Below, piece by piece: positions 29,127 to 36,522 of a stretch of DNA of 38,649 bases. A program made the translations under genes and the position numbers. Source of the DNA: Candidatus Levyibacteriota bacterium (lineage in GTDB: Bacteria > Patescibacteriota > Microgenomatia > Levybacterales > UBA12049); assembly GCA_016186625.1 (NCBI GenBank), contig JACPLG010000016.1, positions 1 through 38,649 on the forward strand, read 5' to 3'. Every line of letters starts with the position of its first letter. Within the stretch, counting starts at the first letter, position 1. The notes beneath the pieces are model-generated. The model was not told where the DNA came from. It was given only the letters and a program-made list of their open reading frames with translations, and made no database searches.

Positions 29127-29236
29127 ACTCGTGATTTCATCTGTGAGGGTTTAGATTCCTCCAAGCCCTCACTATCAAACCACAAGCCACTTCCCTATTG
29201 TTTCCTACAGTTCCGTTAGTTATGATTTGGAAGACA

Positions 29237-29264
29237 ATAAAAAAGCACCTAAGTTAAGGTGCTT
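29237..29264 (-). terminator. Intrinsic terminator downstream of att copy B
   Basis: Minus strand aagcacct-taactt-aggtgctt followed by a T-run. Confidence 0.7.
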
Positions 29265-29283
29265 GTAGAGGTTCTCTTAGTAG

Positions 29284-29316
29284 TTAGTTCTTCTGTCTTA
29301 GGAATGCGGGGATGTC
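29284..29316 (-). repeat. Copy of ftsZ 3' end (att copy B)
   Basis: gac atc ccc gca ttc cta aga cag aag aac taa = [10 protein letters not shown]; 5 differences from native, all synonymous. Confidence 0.93.
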
Positions 29317-29359
29317 TATGCCAAAGACTGTTCTTAGCTTCAAACAACACTAAAAACAC

Positions 29360-29746
29360 CTAGGCATTCTTCATTGAATGCTTTTTTAACCATTTGGAAA
29401 TCTCTTCAATTTCTGGCTGCGAATTTTCTATATATAATGCATATTCTACTACTTCTTTTTGATCTGCAATAAATTTATAGCCATTAAGTTCCAAAAATGT
29501 CATCATGGAAAACATTGCAGTTCTTTTATTCCCGTCAACAAATTGATGATTCATAAGAAGTGAATGCACTAAGGAAGCTGCCTTGTCAAAAATGGAAGGA
29601 TAAAGATCAATACCGCTAAAAGTGGCTTGCGGACGCATAACAGCAGATTCAAGCAGCCCCAAGTCACGAAGACCGTGAGATCCGCCAAATTTGTCTATTG
29701 CAAGCTCGTGAAGAAGAAGGACGTCTTGCACCGTCAAGTATTTCAT
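29360..29746 (-). CDS. doc: Doc-type (Fic/Doc family) toxin
   Basis: GLRDLGLLESAVMRP and HQFVDGNKRTA; 128 aa. Confidence 0.9.
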   Translation of the reverse strand: MKYLTVQDVLLLHELAIDKFGGSHGLRDLGLLESAVMRPQATFSGIDLYPSIFDKAASLVHSLLMNHQFVDGNKRTAMFSMMTFLELNGYKFIADQKEVVEYALYIENSQPEIEEISKWLKKHSMKNA

Positions 29747-29758
29747 TATTTTTAGGAA

Positions 29759-30001
29759 TTATTTTTTAGCGAGTTCTGCAAAAGCCTTGCTGTATCTTTT
29801 TAATAAGCTTTTGGCAACAGCATAAACTTCAGGATCGATCGCGGAATCTACAACTTCTTGAGGATTAAAATCAATTATCAATCGCTTTTTTGAAGCTTCA
29901 TATTGAACTTTTGCAATATCCACATCTCCCACCTGTTTTAAAATATCTTTTGAGATGGTGAGTGCTTTTGAATTTCCAACAGTAATTAATTTTTGCATCA
30001 T
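29759..30001 (-). CDS. AbrB/MazE-like antitoxin
   Basis: KLITVGNSKALTI swapped-hairpin motif; C-terminal RY..AF.ELAK; directly upstream of the toxin. Confidence 0.8.
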   Translation of the reverse strand: MMQKLITVGNSKALTISKDILKQVGDVDIAKVQYEASKKRLIIDFNPQEVVDSAIDPEVYAVAKSLLKRYSKAFAELAKK

Positions 30002-30039
30002 GTTATAACCATGTTATAATAATTTGTGGTATTTGTCAA
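30002..30039 (-). promoter_or_regulatory. TA promoter with paired palindromic operators
   Basis: TTGACA-17-TAACAT; GTTATAAC (30002-30009) and GTTATAAT (30013-30020). Confidence 0.6.
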
Positions 30040-30045
30040 GAGAAT

Positions 30046-31215
30046 TTAATTCTTCTGCCTCAAAAATGCGGGGATGTCCCAGACTTCTTCATCATTTTCA
30101 TCAGGCGTCGGAGCCTGGGTTGTGGGAGCCTGGGTTGGCGTCTGATTATCCTGGTCCTGGGCAGGAGGTTCTTGCGGATTTTGGCCCGCTTGCTGGCCAA
30201 AGCTGGTTGAAGCCTGGTATTGCTGCTCCGCAGGTGTTACGAATTCGCGAAGTGTTTGGCGGGTTGAGTCAAACCCTGTCGCAATAACAATAATTTTCAT
30301 CTGATCTCTCATAGTCTCATCAATTATTGCTCCAAAAATTATATTCGCATCAGAATCTGCGGCCTGGGCAATAATTTTGGCTGCCTCATCAACCTCGCTC
30401 ATCGTGAGATCCGGGCCTCCTATGACGTTAAACAAAACGCTCCTTGCTCCTTCCATAGTAATTTCAAGAAGAGGTGAGGCTATTGCTGAACGAGCCGCAG
30501 CCTGCGCTCTATTTTCCCCAACGCCTGTTCCTATCCCCATAAGGCTGGTTCCTGCGTTTTGCATAATTGTTCTCACATCCGCAAAATCTACATTAATTAG
30601 TCCCGGCATAGTTATAAGATCCGATATTCCTTGGACTCCCTGGGTAAGAACAGAATCAGCGACTTTGAATGCTTCAAGAAGTGATAATTTCTTATCAACT
30701 ACGTCCAAAATTCTTTGATTTGGTATAACAACAAGAGTATCGACTTTGTCTTTTAGCTGTTCTATTCCCTCTTCCGCTGTTACCATCCTCCTCGTCCCTT
30801 CAAACGTAAAAGGTTTGGTAACAACCGCAACTGTTAATGCTCCTATTTCTTTTGCCGCCCGGGCAATGACCGGAGTTGACCCCGTTCCTGTCCCTCCTCC
30901 CATTCCGGCTGTTAAGAAAACCATGTCAGTCCCATCCAGAATATCTTTTAATTTTTCGTATGACTCTTCCGCGGCCTGAATTCCAATCTCTGGATTACCT
31001 CCCGAGCCTAGACCCTTGGTAAGCTCCTCACCGATTTGAACTTTAGTTGCTGCCTGATTTAAAAGAAGAGACTGTGCGTCAGTATTAACCGCTATAAAAT
31101 CCACTCCCTGAATGGATGACTGCGCGATCATGGAGTTGAGGGCATTACTTCCTCCACCGCCTACACCCATTACTCTAATCTTTGCAAAATTAGTTGTTTG
31201 AGGCTTAATGAGCAT
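30046..31215 (-). CDS. ftsZ: Cell division protein FtsZ
   Basis: [30 protein letters not shown]-terminal DIPAFLR; true start ATG 31215 (389 aa). Confidence 0.98.
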   Translation of the reverse strand: MLIKPQTTNFAKIRVMGVGGGGSNALNSMIAQSSIQGVDFIAVNTDAQSLLLNQAATKVQIGEELTKGLGSGGNPEIGIQAAEESYEKLKDILDGTDMVFLTAGMGGGTGTGSTPVIARAAKEIGALTVAVVTKPFTFEGTRRMVTAEEGIEQLKDKVDTLVVIPNQRILDVVDKKLSLLEAFKVADSVLTQGVQGISDLITMPGLINVDFADVRTIMQNAGTSLMGIGTGVGENRAQAAARSAIASPLLEITMEGARSVLFNVIGGPDLTMSEVDEAAKIIAQAADSDANIIFGAIIDETMRDQMKIIVIATGFDSTRQTLREFVTPAEQQYQASTSFGQQAGQNPQEPPAQDQDNQTPTQAPTTQAPTPDENDEEVWDIPAFLRQKN

Positions 31216-31267
31216 AGCCCAAGAATCGTAACAGAAGTTTACAAAAATATCAAATAGTAAAAACTGA

Positions 31268-31387
31268 TCAGAACACTCAGAAAACTCAGATGGCCAGAAG
31301 GTCGGAAGATCGGAAAGCCAGAGTTCCGGAATACCGAGGTCTGATTGTCGGAATCTCTGGTTCACCGAGTATTCCGAGTTTTCTGAA
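31268..31387. repeat. 120-bp periodic palindromic intergenic element, copy 1
   Basis: TCNGA-type cores every 8-9 nt; inverted homolog at 34154-34274. Confidence 0.85.
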
Positions 31388-31388
31388 G

Positions 31389-32678
31389 CTAGGGAATGAA
31401 GGATTTTATGAGATCAATTATTTTCTTAGGAAGTTTGCCAAGTCTTAAGGCGGGAATTGCGGGAATCGGCATTTTAAAACTCCCCGTGGATTCTACTCCT
31501 ATCATTGCACCGTAAATTGCAAGTCCCACAACATTAGCAAAAGGAGTGTCTTGAATTTCATCAATTATTCCTTTTATATTCTGCGGCTGTCCAATTCTAA
31601 CCGGCATGGCAAGCATTCTTTTTGCACACTCAGTTGCTCCTATGGTCAGGGCACCTCCTCCTGTTATTACCAAGCCTGACGGAGTCTGTCCGCCAAATCC
31701 TGACTTTTTAACTTCAAGCCCCACCATTGTGAATATTTCGTTTAGCCTTGGGCGAATAATACCATCCACTAATGTTTTTTGGGAAACTTTAGTAAGTTGC
31801 TCTGGAAGCCCCAGGGTTGCCAAATCAACTTCATCACTTGGACGTCTTTCTTTTGGCTCTCCCTCGGCCTCGTCAAATTTAACAATCTTTTTCGCAGGTC
31901 TTGAGAGAAAAAGCTTTACCTTCTCAGCCGATTCTAAGGAAATCCGAAGCCCTATTGCCAGATCATTTGTAATGTGGCGCGCTCCAATTGGAAGAACCGA
32001 TGAAAAGGCAACAGAACCTTCAATATAAATAGAAATATCAGTTGTGCCTGCTCCAATATCAACAAGAATGACTCCTAGTTCTTTTTCCGTGTCCGAAAGA
32101 GCGGAAAGGCTGCTAGCGTAACCTGAAAACACCAGTCCTTCAACGTCAACTCCAACTTGGGAAAAAGCTTTTTCAAGATTTCTAATAGTTGGGCTTCCGG
32201 CTGATACAATGTGAGTTTCAACTTCAAGCCTTGTCCCGCTCATTCCCACAGGGTCTTTTATCCCTTCCTGCCCGTCAACGGTATAGCTTCGGGGAAGGAC
32301 GTGAATAATCTCTCGTGTTGAGGGGAGAGAAACAGCCTTGGCTGCGTCAATGACCCTGGCAACGTCCCCCGGAGTTATCTCACCTTCAGGATGCGCTATT
32401 GCCACAACTCCGTGCGAATTTTGGGATTCAATACTGCTACCTCCAACTGAGGCAATAACACGCGACACTGAGACTCCTGCCATACGCTCAGCCGCCTCAA
32501 TTGAATTGTTTATGGCAACAACCGCCTCTTCAATATTTACAATCTGTCCCTTTTTAATTCCGGCGGAGTCTACTTCTGAAACGCCGAGCACGTTAACCAC
32601 CTCATCTACTTTTGTAATTACGCTGACTATTTTTGAAGTTCCTATATCTACGCCTACAACAATTTTTCCTTCATTCAT
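31389..32678 (-). CDS. ftsA: Cell division protein FtsA
   Basis: VDIGTSK, DIGAGTT, ITGGGA; directly upstream of ftsZ. Confidence 0.97.
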   Translation of the reverse strand: MNEGKIVVGVDIGTSKIVSVITKVDEVVNVLGVSEVDSAGIKKGQIVNIEEAVVAINNSIEAAERMAGVSVSRVIASVGGSSIESQNSHGVVAIAHPEGEITPGDVARVIDAAKAVSLPSTREIIHVLPRSYTVDGQEGIKDPVGMSGTRLEVETHIVSAGSPTIRNLEKAFSQVGVDVEGLVFSGYASSLSALSDTEKELGVILVDIGAGTTDISIYIEGSVAFSSVLPIGARHITNDLAIGLRISLESAEKVKLFLSRPAKKIVKFDEAEGEPKERRPSDEVDLATLGLPEQLTKVSQKTLVDGIIRPRLNEIFTMVGLEVKKSGFGGQTPSGLVITGGGALTIGATECAKRMLAMPVRIGQPQNIKGIIDEIQDTPFANVVGLAIYGAMIGVESTGSFKMPIPAIPALRLGKLPKKIIDLIKSFIP

Positions 32679-32679
32679 A

Positions 32680-33096
32680 TTAAAAAGAGATAATAGGTTT
32701 TTGATACCTAAAATCCAAACGTTTAAACATCTTACCCTCTATTTTAAGACGAGCGAGGATTAATTGTAAAGAGGACAACTGCTCCTCAACATTCTTTTTT
32801 GGATCAATTATTACCTCGGAATTATTATCAAGTACTATCCTATAAGTCAAATCTTTTGATGTAGATATACTTTTATAATTAATTTTCTTTTCCATAAGAG
32901 TTTGTCTGATTATAAATCCTGTTGATGTCTGATTTCTTGATAATGGATTAAAAAATTCCGGAGTTTTTTGTAAAAAAGCCAGATAAAACAAAATGAAAAA
33001 GATTACAATTAAGCCAATAAAAATAAGCCCGATAAATAATTGTTTTCTTATTTTTTGTTTTTTTTGTTTTTTAGTTATTGTTTTTTGAGGCAGCAT
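32680..33096 (-). CDS. ftsQ: Minimal FtsQ/DivIB-like protein
   Basis: Basic N-terminus, single TM, C-terminal LDFRYQKP; position between murG and ftsA. Confidence 0.6.
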   Translation of the reverse strand: MLPQKTITKKQKKQKIRKQLFIGLIFIGLIVIFFILFYLAFLQKTPEFFNPLSRNQTSTGFIIRQTLMEKKINYKSISTSKDLTYRIVLDNNSEVIIDPKKNVEEQLSSLQLILARLKIEGKMFKRLDFRYQKPIISF

Positions 33097-34118
33097 AAAT
33101 AGTCTCAGCTATCTTTTTGGCAGCGTTTTTCGGAAAATGCGACTCCCCAGATTTGATTTTATAACTTGAGAGGTTTTGCATCATTTTGTTTATATCATGA
33201 AGAAAAATCTGGGGCGTTAGGGATTTTTGTTCTCCAATTTCTCCGAGGCCTAACCTTCTAACAAACATGGCGTTTTTAAGTTGTTCATCTTTTTGAGAAA
33301 CAGGCAGTGGAATAATATACGAGGGCTTTCTAAGAACTATAAGTTCAGATATTGTATTCACTCCCCCCCGAGAAATGACAAGACTTGCTTGTTTTATGAT
33401 ATATCCTATTATTTTCTTTAAGAATTAATAATTTATCAAAATCTCCAAACTCGGACGAATCACCTGTTTGATGGACTAGGGCGTATTTATCCAAAAGTTT
33501 GGTTAAATTCTCAGAAACAAGCTGGTTTATAAAATGAGACCCGATGCTTCCGCCCGTTATGTAGATAATGGGGTAATTACTGGGTAAGTCTATTTTTTTG
33601 GAGGGATGAGCAATCGAGCTTCTAATTGGATTCCCGGTAAAAACTATTTTCTCTTTCGGGAAATATTTTGAAGACGAGCTAAATGATATGCAAATTTTGT
33701 CTGCAAATCTTGCAACGATTCTATTTGTTGCTCCGGCTTCTAAAGTTTGCTCATGAATTACAACTGGTATCTTAAGTATTCGGGCCGCAAGTATAACGGG
33801 GAAACTAACATATCCACCAAAACCTACCACAACATTTGGTTTGAACCTACTCAAAATAAACAAAGCCTGAATAAAACCAATAGGAATTTTAGTCAGAGAC
33901 GGTACGGTTCTTCGGGTTATGCTTCGCTGTAGCCTCCCGGTTTTTATTTCGGCAAATTTTATTCCTTTTTTGGTAATGGTCTCATATTCCAAAGAAGTGG
34001 CCCTATCTCCTTCAATAGCTTTTTTTCGTCCAATATAAAGAATTTCAGCGCTTTTCCCAATTTCTTCTATTACCGAGAGGGCGGGCGTTAAATGTCCGCC
34101 AATTATTGCGATCTTCAT
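33071..34118 (-). pseudogene. murG: MurG, split by a frameshift near 33410
   Basis: GGHLTPA, GFGGY, HEQ, TGNPIR and TGGS in one frame; LVISRGGVNTISEL and EQ..NA in another. Confidence 0.85.
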
Positions 34119-34153
34119 AATTCACTGTCTCCTTTGACTATATTTTACTTCAT

Positions 34154-34274
34154 TTCGGAAAACTCGGAATACTTGGTTAATCGGGACTTCAGAACATCAG
34201 TGTTTCAGCCTTCTGGATTTCTGGCTCTCCGATTTTCAGATCCTCTGAACATCTGAGTTTTCTGAGTGTTCTGA
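34154..34274. repeat. 121-bp periodic palindromic intergenic element, copy 2
   Basis: Reverse-complement homolog of 31268-31387; identical blocks of 16 nt and 25 nt at the two ends. Confidence 0.85.
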
Positions 34275-34305
34275 ATTATTTGCTATTTTCTATTTAATAT
34301 TTAAT

Positions 34306-35403
34306 TTAAACATGGTGGCTTTGACGAGAGATATTAATTAAAATGCCTACAGAAATGAGATTGACAGTCAGGGCTGATCCACCGTAAGAAATAAACGGAA
34401 GGGGAACCCCGGTTAAGGGTAGGAGGGCGGTTTGAGCACCTAAGTTAACAATTATCTGGATTGCTAGGTATGAGGCAATTCCTCCGGCAAGCAGGCGGCC
34501 AAAATTATCTTTAGCGCGGAAGGCAATATAAAATCCTCTATAAATAATAAAAAGCATAATAAGTATCACAATCGTTACCCCAACAAACCCAACTTCCTCT
34601 GCGGCAATTGCAAAAATTGAGTCTGTTGTTGCTTCCGGAAGATATGCATATTTCTGAAGCGAATTTCCAAGTCCAACACCAAACAGTCCTCCGGATCCTA
34701 GAGCTATCAAAATTTGTCTTAAGTGATATGATGTTGTTTCAAGATTTTGATGCGGGTTTAAAAATGTAGAGAGCCGCTCAGCTCTGTAGGGCTCAAGTAG
34801 AATTAATCCCAAACCGCCCAATCCTATAATAGGGATAAGACCAAGTATGTGAAAAACGCTACCTCCTGAGAGAAAATAGAGAACAACAGCAACACCTAAA
34901 ATTACTGCTGCTGTACCCATATCCGGCTGAAGCATTATTAAAAGAATTACAAGACCGATTAAAAGCAGGAACGCAAAAAATCTCCCCTTCTCCCGCGTTG
35001 AAAACCAAGCTGCCAAATATATAGTTAAGGCTAATTTTATAAATTCTCCCGGTTGAAGTACAAAAAATCCCAGATTAATCCAGCGCTTAGCTCCCAATGC
35101 CTCAACGCCTAAGCCAGGAATAAATACCATAAAAAGCAAAAAAATTGCGGAGAGTAGTATTGGCAATGCCAGATTGTAGTATTTATGATAATCAAAAAAT
35201 GAAAAAACAGAAAGTGCTATAAATCCAATTAATACCCAGTAAGTCTGGTCTTTTATATAGTGGTATTTATCACCGAAATCTCTGAAGGCAATGTAGCTTG
35301 ACGCATCATAAATCATGAAAAGTCCAAAAATTGTAAGTGCCAAAACTGCCAGAAGAAAAACAAAATAGGATTTTCTTATTGGTACTCTTTTTATTTCAAT
35401 CAT
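34306..35403 (-). CDS. ftsW: SEDS peptidoglycan polymerase FtsW
   Basis: GAKRWI, QPGEFIK, QPDMGT, LPEATTDSIFA, PLTGVPLPFISYGGS; lies between mraY and murG. Confidence 0.92.
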   Translation of the reverse strand: MIEIKRVPIRKSYFVFLLAVLALTIFGLFMIYDASSYIAFRDFGDKYHYIKDQTYWVLIGFIALSVFSFFDYHKYYNLALPILLSAIFLLFMVFIPGLGVEALGAKRWINLGFFVLQPGEFIKLALTIYLAAWFSTREKGRFFAFLLLIGLVILLIMLQPDMGTAAVILGVAVVLYFLSGGSVFHILGLIPIIGLGGLGLILLEPYRAERLSTFLNPHQNLETTSYHLRQILIALGSGGLFGVGLGNSLQKYAYLPEATTDSIFAIAAEEVGFVGVTIVILIMLFIIYRGFYIAFRAKDNFGRLLAGGIASYLAIQIIVNLGAQTALLPLTGVPLPFISYGGSALTVNLISVGILINISRQSHHV

Positions 35404-35457
35404 GGACAACTATTATAGTATAGCCCAAAAACCTAAATTTCAAAAAGAAGAAGTATT

Positions 35458-36480
35458 TTAGTCTGATAAGAATGCTATAAAAAGACCTAAAACGGCGAAA
35501 AAGAAGCCAAAAAGCCATGCGCGCATGACAATTTTTGGTTCTTCCCAGCCCCTTTTTAAAAGAAGCAGATGAAATGGGGCAACCGGGAAAATTTTCCGTC
35601 CTAAATATTTCTTTCCAAGAATTTGAATTAGGGAGGATCCAATTTCGATCACAAACACTCCTCCTATAACTGCTAAAGCTATTAATTTATTGCTCAGAAG
35701 ACCTATCACAGCTAGAGTAGCACCCAAAGACATTGATCCTACATCTCCGAGCCAAATTCTTGCTTTGAAAATATTGAAATACAAAAACGCTGCAACAGAA
35801 CCTATTAGGATTGCAATAAAAATAGCAAGGGTCGAATCAAGAGCGGTTGATGATATTGCCAAAAATGCACCAAGGCAAATAAGAAAAAGCCCGCTTGAAA
35901 GTCCGTCAAGGCCATCAGCAATGTTAAAAGCGTTTACAAAAGAAACAATTGCGAGCATGGCAAGGAGTATATATAAAAATCCTAAGTCCAAAAGCCCAAT
36001 CCCCCGTATAAAAATTGTTGAATAATCAAGCTGGAAATATAAAATAAGTGCTATTAAAAAAGCAAGAGCCCACTGAAGTAAGAATTTATGCCTAAAACGC
36101 AACCCAAAAAATGCAAATCTCCCGGGATTATTGATAAGCTTTTTGATGTCATCATAAAGACCTAACGCTCCAAAACTAATGAATGCGAAAAGTAGTACAA
36201 TTATCACCCAAAGACGGGCATTAACTGCAAATATCCCCCAGCTCCATAAAGATAATACTGTAACAACCCCTATTATTAAAACCCCGCCCCCGAAAGGAGT
36301 TCCTACTTTCCACTTGTTATATTTGTCAAAAAAGGGTGTTGGTTTATTAAAGATATCAACAGTCCGCTGATTTTGCCGTCTTAGCTTTATTTTGTATAAA
36401 AAGTCTATAAAAGGAACGATTAAAATTCCTGTGATGACTAAAGAGAGCAGCGTCAAGCCTAAAAGCTTTGCTAAATCCAT
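35458..36480 (-). CDS. mraY: Phospho-N-acetylmuramoyl-pentapeptide transferase
   Basis: GTPFGGG, YDD, NAFNIADGLDGL, LGDVGS, APFH, GWEE.K. Confidence 0.93.
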   Translation of the reverse strand: MDLAKLLGLTLLSLVITGILIVPFIDFLYKIKLRRQNQRTVDIFNKPTPFFDKYNKWKVGTPFGGGVLIIGVVTVLSLWSWGIFAVNARLWVIIVLLFAFISFGALGLYDDIKKLINNPGRFAFFGLRFRHKFLLQWALAFLIALILYFQLDYSTIFIRGIGLLDLGFLYILLAMLAIVSFVNAFNIADGLDGLSSGLFLICLGAFLAISSTALDSTLAIFIAILIGSVAAFLYFNIFKARIWLGDVGSMSLGATLAVIGLLSNKLIALAVIGGVFVIEIGSSLIQILGKKYLGRKIFPVAPFHLLLLKRGWEEPKIVMRAWLFGFFFAVLGLFIAFLSD

Positions 36481-36522
36481 GAACTACAATTATATATCTC
36501 AAATGCTCCAATATTCAAATTT

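Larger units (their letters stand above)
22250..29316. mobile_element. 7-kb tyrosine-integrase island integrated at the ftsZ 3' end
   Basis: Bounded by direct repeats of the ftsZ terminus; integrase next to one boundary; XRE, RHH, HNH and orphan cargo. Confidence 0.8.

Noticed and set aside
22250-29316. Prophage or conjugative element
   Set aside because: No capsid, terminase, tail, relaxase or T4SS genes recognisable.
30105-30135. Short repeat ggagcctgggtt in ftsZ
   Set aside because: Encodes TQAP repeats of the normal disordered FtsZ linker.
31216-31365. 50-aa N-terminal extension of FtsZ in the ORF track
   Set aside because: It is a translation of the periodic repeat element; a promoter (TTGATA-17-TACGAT) sits just before ATG 31215.
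33363-33369. C7/G7 homopolymer as a phase-variable cause of the murG frameshift
   Set aside because: The run correctly encodes R-G-G of SRGG in the C-terminal frame; the break is about 40 nt upstream.
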